Below, piece by piece: positions 37,975-50,398 of a DNA stretch of 64,000 nucleotides (positions within the stretch are counted from its first letter, which is position 1; every line of letters starts with the position of its first letter). The translations under genes were made by a program, and so were the position numbers. Under the pieces are notes generated by a model. The model saw nothing but the letters and a program-made list of their open reading frames with translations. It was not told where the DNA came from and ran no database searches. Origin of the DNA: Mobula hypostoma (Eukaryota); assembly GCF_963921235.1 (NCBI RefSeq), contig NC_086097.1, positions 29,948,001 through 30,012,000 of the forward strand, in the 5' to 3' direction.

Positions 37975-40900
37975 TGTCTCTGTCACACATACTGTCTCAC
38001 ACCCACACTGACTCTCCCACATAACCCTCTCCACTCTCACTGACTCAGTCTCCCCCAGTCTCCCTCACACACACTCCCACATACCCTCTCCACACTCACT
38101 GACTTAGTCTCACCCAGTCCCTCTCACACACACAGTCCCTCACACACACACTCTGTCTCACACACACTCCACACTCACTGACTCAGTCTCACCCAGTCTC
38201 TCTCACACACACACTCCCTCACACACACACATTCTGTCTCACACACACTCCACACTCACTGACTTAGTCTCCCCCAGTCTCTCTCACACACACACTCCCT
38301 CACACACACACACTCTGTCTGACACACACTCCACACTCACTGACTCAGTCTCCCCCAGTCTCTCTCACACACACACTCCCTCACACACACACACTCTGTC
38401 TCACACACACTCCACACTCACTGACTCAGTCTCCCCCAGTCTCTCTCACACACACACTCCCTCACACACACACACTCTGTCTCACACACACTCCACACTC
38501 ACTGACTCAGTCTCCCCCAGTCTCTCTCACACACACACTCCCTCACACACACACACACTCTGTCTCACACACACTCCACACTCACTGACTTAGTCTCCCC
38601 CAGTCCCTCTCACACACACACTCCCTCACACACACACACACTCTGTCTCACACACACTCCACACTCACTGACTCAGTCTCCCCCAGTCCCTCTCACACAC
38701 ACACTCCCTCACACACACACACACACTCTGTCTCACACACACTCCACACTCACTGACTCAGTCTCCCCCAGTCCCTCTCACACACACACTCCCTCACACA
38801 CACACACACTCTGTCTCACACACACTCCACACTCACTGACTCAGTCTCCCCCAGTCCCTCTCACACACACACTCCCTCACACACACTCCACACTCACTGA
38901 CTCAGTCTCCCCCAGTCTCTCTCACACACACACTCCCTCACACACACACACTCTGTCTCACACACACACTCCACACTCACTGACTTAGTCTCCCCCAGTC
39001 TCTCTCACAGACACACTCCCTCACACACACAGACTCTGTCTCACACACACACTCTGTCTCACACACACTCCACACTCACTGACTCAGTCTCCCCCAGTCC
39101 CTCTCACACACACACTCCCTCACACACACACTCTGTCTCACACACACTCCACACTCACTGACTCAGTCTCCCCCAGTCTCTCTCACACACACACTCCCTC
39201 ACACACACTCCACACTCACTGACTCAGTCTCCCCCAGTCTCTCTCACACACACACTCCCTCACACACACACACACTCTGTCTCACACACACTCCACACTC
39301 ACTGACTCAGTCTCCCCCAGTCCCTCTCACACACACACTCCCTCACACACACACACACTCTGTCTCACACACACTCCACACTCACTGACTCAGTCTCCCC
39401 CAGTCCCTCTCACACACACACTCCCTCACACACACTCCACACTCACTGACTCAGTCTCCCCCAGTCTCTCTCACACACACACTCCCTCACACACACACAC
39501 ACACTCTGTCTCACACACACTCCACACTCACTGACTCAGTCTCCCCCAGTCTCTCTCACACACACACTCCCTCACACACACTCCACACTCACTGACTCAG
39601 TCTCCCCCAGTCTCTCACACACACACTCCCTCACACACACACACACTCTGTCTCACACACACTCCACACTCACTGACTCAGTCTCCCCCAGTCTCTCTCA
39701 CACACACACTCCCTCACACACACGCACACTCTGTCTCACACACACTCCACACTCACTGACTCAGTCTCCCCCAGTCTCTCTCACAGACACACACTCCCAC
39801 TGATGCGCTAGCAATTACTCCAAAAGATTGGAAGTCGAGTAAATACTGAAAGGCTTTTATTAACAGTAAATGAACCACCGTCCATGCTGAGTATCTGCCC
39901 CGGACTGAAGGAGGAGCAGTGGCACAATCACCTTTATTCAGGGGACTGTGGGAGGAGCCACAGGAGCAGTCAGCAGAGGGGCGTGTCCAGACAGGTAACC
40001 CAGTTACAACATATATATATGGTTTACCACACCCACACTCACTGACTCAGTCTCCCCCCAAGTCTCTCTCTGACACACACTCCCTCACACACACACTCTG
40101 TCACACACACTCCACACTCACTGACTCAGTCTCCCCCAGTCCCTCACACACACACTCCCTCACACACACACACTCTGTCACACACACTCCACACTCACTG
40201 ACTCAGTCTCCCCCAGTCCCTCACACACACACTCCCTCACACACACACACTCTGTCACACACACTCCACACTCACTGACTCAGTCTCCCCCAGTCCCTCA
40301 CACACACACTCCCTCACACACACTCCACACTCACTGACTCAGTCTCCCCCAGTCCCTCACACACACACTCCCTCACACACACACACACTCTGTCACACAC
40401 ACTCCACACTCACTGACTCAGTCTCCCCCAGTCCCTCTCACACACACACTCCCTCACACACACTCCACACTCACTGACTCAGTCTCCCCAGTCCCTCTCA
40501 CACACACACTCTGTCACACACACTCCACACTCACTGACTCAGTCTCCCCCAGTCCCTCACACACACACACTCCCTCACACACACACTCTGTCTCACACAC
40601 ACTCCACACTCACTGACTCAGTCTCCCCCAGTCTCTCTCACACATACACTCCCTTACACACGCACACACACTCTGTCTCACACACACTCCACACTCACTG
40701 ACTCAGTCTCCCCCAGTCTCTCTCACACATACACTCCCTCACACACAGACACACACACTCTGTCTCACACACTCCACACTCACTGACTCAGTCTCCCCCC
40801 AGTCTCTCTCTGACACACACTCCCTCACACACACACTCTGTCACACACGCTCCACACTCACTGACTCAGTCTCCCCCAGTCCCTCACACACACACACTCC

Positions 40901-41870
40901 CTCACACACACACTGTGTCTCACACACACTCCACACTCACTGACTCAGTCTCACCCCAGTCTCTCTCTGACACACACTCCCTCACACACACACACACACA
41001 CACTCTGTCTCATACACTCCACACTCACTGACTCAGTCTCCCCCAGTCCCTCACACACACACTCCCTCACACACACACACTCTGTCACACACACTCCACA
41101 CTCACTGACTCAGTCTCCCCCAGTCCCTCACACACACACTCCCTCACACACACTCCACACTCACTGACTCAGTCTCCCCCAGTCCCTCACACACACACTC
41201 CCTCACACACACACACACTCTGTCACACACACTCCACACTCACTGACTCAGTCTCCCCCAGTCCCTCTCACACACACACTCCCTCACACACACTCCACAC
41301 TCACTGACTCAGTCTCCCCAGTCCCTCTCACACACACACTCTGTCACACACACTCCACACTCACTGACTCAGTCTCCCCCAGTCCCTCACACACACACAC
41401 TCCCTCACACACACACTCTGTCTCACACACACTCCACACTCACTGACTCAGTCTCCCCCAGTCTCTCTCACACATACACTCCCTTACACACGCACACACA
41501 CTCTGTCTCACACACACTCCACACTCACTGACTCAGTCTCCCCCAGTCTCTCTCACACATACACTCCCTCACACACAGACACACACACTCTGTCTCACAC
41601 ACTCCACACTCACTGACTCAGTCTCCCCCCAGTCTCTCTCTGACACACACTCCCTCACACACACACTCTGTCACACACGCTCCACACTCACTGACTCAGT
41701 CTCCCCCAGTCCCTCACACACACACACTCCCTCACACACACACTGTGTCTCACACACACTCCACACTCACTGACTCAGTCTCACCCCAGTCTCTCTCTGA
41801 CACACACTCCCTCACACACACACACACACACACTCTGTCTCATACACTCCACACTCACTGACTCAGTCTC
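37975..41870. repeat. CA-rich compound minisatellite, variable unit about 50-75 bp
   Basis: Invariant core CTCCACACTCACTGACTCAGTCTCCCCCAGTC joined by (CA)n tracts of variable length. Confidence 0.97.
39801..40031 (-). mobile_element. 231-bp solo LTR inside the minisatellite
   Basis: TG...CA ends, 5-bp TSD CCCAC (39796-39800 and 40032-40036), AATAAA on the minus strand near 39856. Confidence 0.85.
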
Positions 41871-42789
41871 TCACAGACAGTGACTCATTTACACTTATTG
41901 ACTCTCACACATTAACTGTCTAAAGAGGGGCATAATTTTAAGGCGATTGGAAGAAAGTAAAAGGGTGGTTGGTGCCTGTGATTTGTTTTTCTTAGAGCAC
42001 AGCGGCTGGTGGTGCATGGACTGTGCTGCCACAGGGCGGTGTTAGAGCCTGATACATCAGAGGCATTTAGGAAACTCTTCGATATACATGGAGAATAGAA
42101 AAATGCAGAGCTATATAGGAGGGAAAGGTTATATTGATCTTAGAGTAGCGTAAAGGTTGGCACAACATTGTGGGCCGAAGTGCCTGTACTGTAGTGCAGT
42201 GTTCTCTGTTTTTGGTCTCTAACACTCACTCTCTCCCACACTCACATGCACACACATGGCTCTGACACAGTCACTCTCACAAGTGAGAGGATGGAAGTTT
42301 AAATGTGACGTTTGCGGCAAGTTTATTCTACACAGCGAGTGGTGGGTGCCTGGGATGAGCTACCAGTGATGGATGTGGAAGCAGCTGTGACAGAGGTGTT
42401 CACGAGGCTGTTAGACACACGGACGGACAACGAATGGAGGGGTATGGACCACTGACAGACAGATGTGAAGTTTTAATTGCCATCATGGTCAGCACAGGTA
42501 TGATGGGCCAAAGGGCCTGTTCTTGTGCTGTACCATCCTATGTCCTGTGTGCCAAGTCAAGAAAGAGCTGCCGCCCTCGGTCCAGACCAGTACAGCAGGA
42601 ACCAGCAGCCCCCAGCAGCTCAGATTTCAGGTGCCCTTCTGTGAAATGGAGCGCCAACCATTCAGGTATCAGACATCTCTTTGTCACCTCACCTCAAGGT
42701 TTATTCCCTCGTCCCCCTAAAATGGTGAGCATCCCCAGTCTAAAGCACCATGAGTGAGGAGCACACTTCAGCATGAATGGGTCACAGAC

Positions 42790-45700
42790 AAGAGAACATC
42801 TGGAGACGCTGGAAATCCGAGCAACACACACAAAATGCTGGAGCAACTCAGCAGGCCAGGCAGCATCGATGGAAAAGAGCACAGTCGATGTTTCAGGCCA
42901 AAACCCTTTGACAGGACTGGAGAAAAAAAAGCTGAGGAGTAATTTAAAAGGTGAGATGGGAGGAGGGGAGGGAGAAACACTAAGTGATGGGTGAAACCTG
43001 GAGGGGGGGGGATGAAGTAAAGAGCTGGGAAGCTGATTGGTGAAAGGAACAGAAGGCAATTGAAGAAAGAAAATGCACCAGAGAGAGGTGTTGGGTGGGC
43101 AAGGAGATAAGGTGAGAGAGGGAAAAGGGGATGGGAAACAGAGAAGGAGAGGGGTAGTTGGGGGCGTTTCCGCAAGTTTGAGCAATCAATGTTCATGCCA
43201 TCAGGATGGAGGTTACCCAAATGGAATATGAGGTGTTGTTCCTCCAACCTGAGTGTGGCCTCATCACGACAGTGGGGGAGGCCATGGATAGACATATCGG
43301 AATGACAATAGTACCTAACAACAACTCCTCTGCTTGCATCTTCAGAAACAGCTCTATTTCTATCTTTAATATCTCTATTTTTCCCTTTCAGGGTTCTTTT
43401 GAAGACCCTGACCTGGAGTTACATGATGACTTTGGTTCTTCACTGTAATGGGATCCGCTCTCGGGGTCTCACGACTGGCCATTATTCAATATGCCACAGA
43501 CACAGCCTAGAAGATTAGGTCGCCTTCAGAGTTTCAAGATTTTGTGGCTCTGGAGGGGGGCAGACTTGAGGTAGGTGCCTCTCCAGGAAATCGGTGTGTT
43601 GAGGGAGACAGAAGATCTCCACCTCACCAGAGACCCAAGTTCTTTGGGCACAGAACTCGGAAAAAGCGACGCAACGGACTTTTAACGTCAGAATCAGCGA
43701 GTTGTTTGTTATGTCTCTTCTTCACTGTGAAACGGGGACACCTCTTTTTCCCTTATTAGAGAGAGAGAGAGAGCCTGTGGTATGTCAAATTACTGGGCGA
43801 ACAAGTAGTCTTTGGAGTACTGCAAGTCTGTGTCTTTATTGATGCTTTGCTGCATATTTGAGTGCTCGGTGGGGTGTGTCGATGCTTTTTTTTGCCGGTG
43901 GGGGAGAGGGGATTTTTGCTTTGCTGCTGCTTACGCGTGGGAGGAGGGGGGCTTTGTGGTTCTAACATTTAACTGTCATTCATTCGTTGGGGCACTTAGG
44001 GTTTTTGCAGATGGTTGCAAAGAAAAAGTATTTCAGGATGTATACAGTACACATTTCTCTGACATTAAATGTACCTTTGAAACCTTTGAATGGGAAGTGG
44101 AACTAAAATGGGTGGCCACTGGGAGATCCTACTTTTTCTGGTGGACTGAGTGTAGGTGCTCGGCGAAGCGGTCTCCCAATTCGTGTCAGTCTCACCAATA
44201 CACAGGAGGCCACACTGGAAGCACTGGACACAGTATATGATCCCTACAGACTCGCAGGTGAAATGTCATCTCACCTGGAAGGACTGTTTGGGGCCCTGAA
44301 TGGTAGTGAGGGAGGAGGTGTAGGGGCAGGTGTAGCTCTTGTTCCACTTGCAAGGATAGTGCCAGGAGAGGGATCTGCGGGGAGGGAAGGATGGACAAGG
44401 GAGTCGGGTAGGGAGCAATCACTATGGAAAGCGCAAAGTTGGGAGGTAGAATGTGCTTGGTGGTGGGATCCCATTGGAGATGACGGAAGTTTCGGAGAAT
44501 TATGTGCTGGACGCAGAGGCTGGTGGGGTAGTAGCTGAGAACAAGAGGAACCCTATCCCTAGCAGATGGCAGAAGGATAGGTAAGAGCAGACGTGCGTGA
44601 AATTGAAGAGATGCAGTTGAGGGCAACATTGATGATGGAGGAAGGGAAGCCCTTTCTTTGCTAAAGGAGGACACCTCCTTTGTTCTAGAATGAAAAGCCT
44701 CATCCTGAGAGCAGATGCAGCAGAGACGGAGGAATTGAGAGAAGGGGATTGTGTGTTTACAAGTAACGAAGTGGGAAGAGGTATAGTCCAGCTAGCTGTG
44801 AAAGTCTGTGGGTTTATATTAGACATCCATAGATGAGCTGTCTCCAGAGATAGAGGCAGTAGATCGAGAAAGGGAGGAAGGTGTCAGAAATTGACCAGGT
44901 AAATTTGAAGGCAGGGTGGAAGTTGGAGGCGAAGTGGATGAAGTTGACGAGTTCTACATGGGTGCAGGAAGCAGCACCAATGCAGTCGTTGATATAGCAT
45001 AGGAAAAGTGCAGGATGATCACCAGTGTAGGCTTGGAACATAGACTGTTCCACTTCACTGACAAACAGGCAGGCATAGCTGGGACCCATGGCTATCCCTT
45101 TTGTTTGAAGGAAGTGGGAGGAGCCAAAGGAGAAAATAAGTTCTTCTAGGCAGAGGAGAGTGGTGATGGAGGGGAACTGATTAGGTCTTGTGTCCAGAAA
45201 AAAACTTTGAGGCCTTTCTGGTGAGGGATGGAGGTGTATAGGGACTGGACATCCATAGTGAAAATAAGATGATCAGGGGAAATCCAAAATCATTTAAAAC
45301 ATCCAGAGTGTGTGAGGTGTCACAGATGTAGGTGGGAAGGGACTGAAATAGGGGGGATAAAACAGAGTCAAGGTATGCAGATACAAGTTTGGTGGGGCAG
45401 GAACTACCTGGACAAGCGGGTTTGTGGATCTTGGGTAGGAGGCAGAAAAGGGAGGTGCGGGATGCAGGAGCTATGAGGTTGCTGGCAGTGGATGGGAGAT
45501 TCATAGAGTCAATAAGATTGGTGATGGTGTGAGAGACAATGAATTGGTGTTCGTTAGTGCATCCTGTTCGAGGGGTAAGTAAAAGGTGTCTGAGAGTTGG
45601 TGCTGGGCCTCAGCAAGGCAGAGGTCAGTTCTACACCTGCCCCTTTCACCTCCTCCCACACTACCATTCAGGACCCTAAACAGTCCTTCCAGGTGAGGCA

Positions 45701-46352
45701 ACACTTCACCTGTGAGTCTGTTGGGGTCATATACTATGTCTGGTGCTCCGGGTGTGGCTGCTTAAATATTGGTAAAACCTGATGTAGATTGGGAGACCAC
45801 TTCGCCGACCACCTACGCTCAATCCGCCAGAAAAAGCAGGATCTCCCAGCGGCCACTCATTTTAATTCCACTTCCCATTCCCATTCTGATATGTCCATCC
45901 ATGGCCTCCTCCACTGTCATGACGACGCCACACTTAGGGTGGAAGAACAACACCTTGTATCCCATTTGGGTAGCTTCCAACCTGATGGCTTGAACATCGA
46001 TTTCTCGAACTTATGGTAATGCCCCCCCCCTTTTCCCTCTCTCACCTTATCTCCTTGTCCACGCCCCATCACCTCCCACTAGCGTTCCACCCCCCCCCTT
46101 TTCTTATTTCCATTGCCTTCTGTCTCTTTCGCTGATCAATTTCCCAGTTCTTTACTCCATCCTTCCCCCTTCAGGTTCCACCTTTCACCCGGTGGTTCTC
46201 TCTCCCCTGCCCCCTCCCCCCTTTAACTCTACTCCTCAGCATTTTTTCTCCAGTCCTGCCGAAGGGTTTTGGCTCAAAACATCAATGGTACTCTTTTCCA
46301 TAGATGCTGCCTGGCCTGCTGAGTTCCTCCAGCGTTTTGTGTGTGTTACTCA
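42790..46352 (-). mobile_element. Penelope-like (Neptune-type) element with inverted 3' duplication
   Basis: Minus-strand RT/GIY-YIG remnants span 42790-45625 (LLPKIHK, MGPSYACLF, EATLRLEEQHL). A plus-strand GIY-YIG and 3' tail copy spans 45630-46352. Confidence 0.88.
43305..44087 (+). mobile_element. Non-autonomous Rex1/L2-tailed retroelement inserted in the PLE
   Basis: Tail GACATTAAATGTACCTTTGAAACCTTT. GAATG is duplicated at 43300-43304 and 44088-44092. PLE sequence is contiguous once the insert is removed. Confidence 0.7.
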
Positions 46353-49348
46353 GCATAAGTGGATTTGTTTCTTTCAGTCAGTCAGACACACCCGGAAAGC
46401 AGAAGAATGATCATTAATTTATTAACCTTGTTCATGGTAACACAATTAATATCATTGTGACAGTTACCCAATGCATATTTCACTTGCTTGTGGAGTACAT
46501 AATTTAAGTGCATCACATCAACTCAAAACTAACAAGCCTGGTGAAACATTATGTGGTTTTCAGGGTGATTTCACTGCCATGCCAGTGCACTTTCCATTGA
46601 CTTCTTCAGTATCAGTGTTTTCCGTCGGTAATTCACTGGCACCCGTGGTGTCCACTGCCACAGTCCCAAACTCTGAAATTCCCTCTCCATCCTCTTTTAT
46701 AACACTGATCTATGTTTGAATCTCTTTGTGAAGTCAGATCATAAACCCTTCCAGATATTTAATACAGGTTGCTATTAGGTTCTGTGCATGACTTACAAAT
46801 TTCCAATAATTAGCTACATTTAGCAATAATATTCTTGAATTTTGCCCACCCTATATATTCTCTCTTCTCCCCTCTTTCATCAGGCAGAAGATACAAAGGC
46901 CTGAATGCATGTAACGTTAGGCTCAAGGACAGCTTCCATCCTATTGTTCTAAGACTATTGAATGGTTTCCTAGTACGATAAGATGGTCTCTTGACCTCAC
47001 AATCATTATGAACTTGCACCTTACTGTCTGCCTGCACTGCACTTTCTCTGTAACTGTTACATTTTATTCTGCATTCTGTCATTGTTTTCCCTTGTGCTAT
47101 CTCAATGTGCTGTGTAATGAATTGACCTACATGAACAATATGGGAGTCAACACCCCACCCAACTTTCCATCCTTGTTTTTAAACTCCCTTTGCCCCCAGG
47201 TGGGATAGCCCAGACATCTCCCCCTTGGTTCTCCACTACAGTCTTAAAGAACCTTCCTTCCCCATCACCAACATTTAGGTCATCTGAGTATCCAAATAAC
47301 ATTCTCTTGCTGCCTCTTAGGAACAAATTCCATCTTAGAGATGCTACATAAATTCACATGGTTGAGGTTAAAGTATCTTATTGGCCATTAGACATGCTTT
47401 GGGCTCTGTCAATAGCCCTCCGCAGAGTCCCAGAGACTCTGCTGATTTATTTGATTATTCTCTTATTGACAAATTGTTCCATCACCTCAGGATGAAACTC
47501 TCCAGTTTGGCTGCTCCCATTGTCCGGTAAGTTTTGACTCTGCAAGTACAGGTATGCACTAATTAATCACTTCTAACCAAGATCTTAAATTAACAAAGAT
47601 CTGTACCAATCAGTGGCTAGTTAACATCTCAGTAACTTTTGCAATCTCAGCCAAAACCACTGTTATAAGATTATTGGACAGATCTCTTGTACTTTAAGAT
47701 GAACTCTTGACCACACAATCAATCTCATTGTGACCTCGCACTTACTGTCTCCCTGCACCTGTACTACCTCAATGCACTGATGTAATAATTTGATCTATAG
47801 AAACAGTGTGCAAGACAACTTTTTCATGGTATCTTGCTACATATGTCAATAATAAACCAATTCCAAATCCAGCTCCAATTATAGTTCCACATACTAATAC
47901 ACCACCTCTTTCTCTGTAGCAGTCACTGATAAATAGAGCAACATTGAACAGAAACAGGTCTTTCGACCTGCAACTAGATCATATCCCTCCTTATTCCTCC
48001 CATCCATGTACTTATCCAAACTTCTGTTAAATGTCGCAATCAAACCCACATCCACCACTCCCGCTGGAACTCGTTCCACTTTCTCACCACCCTTTACTTT
48101 GCATCTATACCTTTTCAAAGCTCACTCCAGTAATGATATAACAAACCTCTAGACTTGATGCACACTGAAAGTTAACAGATATAAATGCATATTCAGATGT
48201 ACAAAGTAAACCATGGAGATATCGGCATCTGTACGTTGTTATTGCTTCCAAAGTCCACTGCTAGTGATGGTAATACAGTAACTACTTTGACAGTAGCTAA
48301 GCTCTTAGGCTCAATTGATCTTTGCCAACCAAGTTGCCTACTTGAGGAGTCTCATTTGACTGCACTGCATTTTCTCCGTAATACTTTATTCTGCATACTG
48401 TTACTGTTTTCCCTTGTATTACCTTGATGTACCTATGTGATGAAATGATCTGTATGTGTGTCAATAATTTACCAATTCACCTGCATTTCTAACTTCTGGA
48501 AACTTTGGTTTACAGACAGTTCTTGGAGCCTTTGCATGACCCTGATGTGACTATACTTAGAAAGATCAGCTCTCCAGCAAATTGCGGGCAGTTCTGTGGT
48601 CAGACACCAGTTCGGGTCCCAAGGATGCCAGACAATAAAGAGTAACCTGCACATCATTGGAGACAGTCCAGGAGAAGTTCATCAGGAACATTGCCAGGAG
48701 GAGAGTCAATAGTTCAATAGTTCCATTTCCTATCAGAGAATGTATACAATATACAATCTGAAATTCTTGGTTGCCCGATCAAGAGAGGCTTGGTTCTGTA
48801 TTTCTTGTAGTTTAGAAAATGAGGGGTAATTTCTCAATATATGGAGGATCCTGAAGGGAGGCTGATGCTGAGATGTTAGTCAGAGAATGTCAGACAAGGG
48901 GGCACAGTTTCAAACTAAAGAGCCAGTCATTTAGAGTTATAGAATAATACAGCAGGGAAAAGGCTCTTTGGCCCAACTCGTCTGTGCTGACGAAGATGTC
49001 CATCTCAGCTAGTCCCACTAAAGTACATAAACATTTCTTCTTGCAGAGGGCAGTGAACCTCTAGGAGGTTTATTGGAGTTGGACAACTGCGGGTATCTAA
49101 AGTGGAGATAGATTATTTTGTTGTAATACGGGGGAATTGGTGCAGAAGAGGAGTTGAGGCCAGCATCGATCAATCATGGTCATAGTGAACAGCGGGGCAG
49201 GCTTAAGGCCTACTACCTGCTCCCATTTTCCTGAGCTTCTGTGTCCACAGACTGACAGGACGTCCTATCATTGAAGAGAATGTAGAAAGGCAAGGAAATG
49301 GCATGTTAAAGGTGGCTCCACAGGAGAGGATCTCTCACCCTTCCCAGC

Positions 49349-50398
49349 TCAGCGGTCTAACCTCTCCAGAGTGGAGATGAGTGTGTTGTGGGTCACTGTG
49401 GAGTCCTGGAATGATGTCAGCGACGACTTCCTCCTGGCCACAGACTGGGTGTAGAGCTGCTTGACCTTGCTGCGGAACTGCTTCCCCACCATAACGTAGA
49501 GGATGGGGTTGATGCAACTGTTGGTACATCCAAAGAAGGTGACGATCTGGTTGCCATTATTGAGAGCCTCATTCCAGGCACAGCCAGTCAGCAGGCCCGC
49601 ATCGTGGAAGAACTTCAGCACCCGGAAGATCTGGAAGGGCACCCAGCAGACCAAGAAGGCCAAGAGGACAATGAGGATCAGGCCAGCTGCCTTGCTTTCC
49701 TTGCGCACCAGCGTGAAGCGCTGCAGGCGGTTGTTGCGGAGGACGCTGAGGATCTTGGCAGTGCAGAAGCTGAGGACAGCTCCGGGGATGACGAAGACGC
49801 CGACAATGAAGACGATGTTGATCTTGAACTCCCAGTCCTGCTGAGGGTACTGAAGCAGGCAGGCAGACATGTTGAGGTCCTGCCGGAAGACCACGCGGCG
49901 GAACAGGAAGGCATGGCTGCTCATCAGCAGGCTGAAGGCCCAGATCAGGCCGCAGTTAACCTTGGCGCAGAAGACTGTGCGGATACGCCCAGGATTGAAG
50001 ACCCTCACCAGGGCGAGGTACCGATCTATGCTGACCATCACCAGCAGGTAGATGCTGCTCCAGAGGTTCATGTACATTGTGAGGTTGACGAAGCGACAGA
50101 GGAACTGGCCGAAGGGCCAGGCAAAGCGCTCGGCAATGTTGGCCGCCCAGAACGGGAGGCAACTCAGCAGCAGGAGGTCAGCACCCGCCAGGTTCCCCAG
50201 GTAGATCTCGGGCACTGTGCGTCGGCCCCGGTGTAGGCAGAAGACCAGGAGGACGAAGCTGTTGCCCACTAGGCCAAAGATGCACACCACCATGATGTAG
50301 ACGGGCAGGAAGGAATACAGCCAGTCCCAGAAGATGCCATCAGGGCAGGAGCTGGAGTTTGTGAGGCTGCTGGCTACGCTGAGGTTGTAGGATGCCAT
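49349..50398 (-). CDS. BDKRB2: B2 bradykinin receptor-like class A GPCR (349 aa from the in-exon ATG)
   Basis: Seven hydrophobic segments. Motifs EIYLGNLAGADL, WPFGQFLC, SIDRYLALV, CWVPF, NSCINPILYVMVGKQFR. N-terminal N-glycosylation sequons and a Ser/Thr-rich tail. Splice acceptor TCTCCTCTCTCCCCGCAG before 50433; ATG in CCAATGG context. B2 versus B1 or another paralog is not certain. Confidence 0.88.
   Translation of the reverse strand: MASYNLSVASSLTNSSSCPDGIFWDWLYSFLPVYIMVVCIFGLVGNSFVLLVFCLHRGRRTVPEIYLGNLAGADLLLLSCLPFWAANIAERFAWPFGQFLCRFVNLTMYMNLWSSIYLLVMVSIDRYLALVRVFNPGRIRTVFCAKVNCGLIWAFSLLMSSHAFLFRRVVFRQDLNMSACLLQYPQQDWEFKINIVFIVGVFVIPGAVLSFCTAKILSVLRNNRLQRFTLVRKESKAAGLILIVLLAFLVCWVPFQIFRVLKFFHDAGLLTGCAWNEALNNGNQIVTFFGCTNSCINPILYVMVGKQFRSKVKQLYTQSVARRKSSLTSFQDSTVTHNTLISTLERLDR

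Noticed and set aside
39919..40278. His/Thr-rich 119-aa ORF
   Set aside because: Translation of the solo LTR and CA-rich repeat.
49503..50236. Plus-strand acidic 210-aa ORF and neighbours
   Set aside because: Antisense shadow of the GC3-rich GPCR coding sequence.
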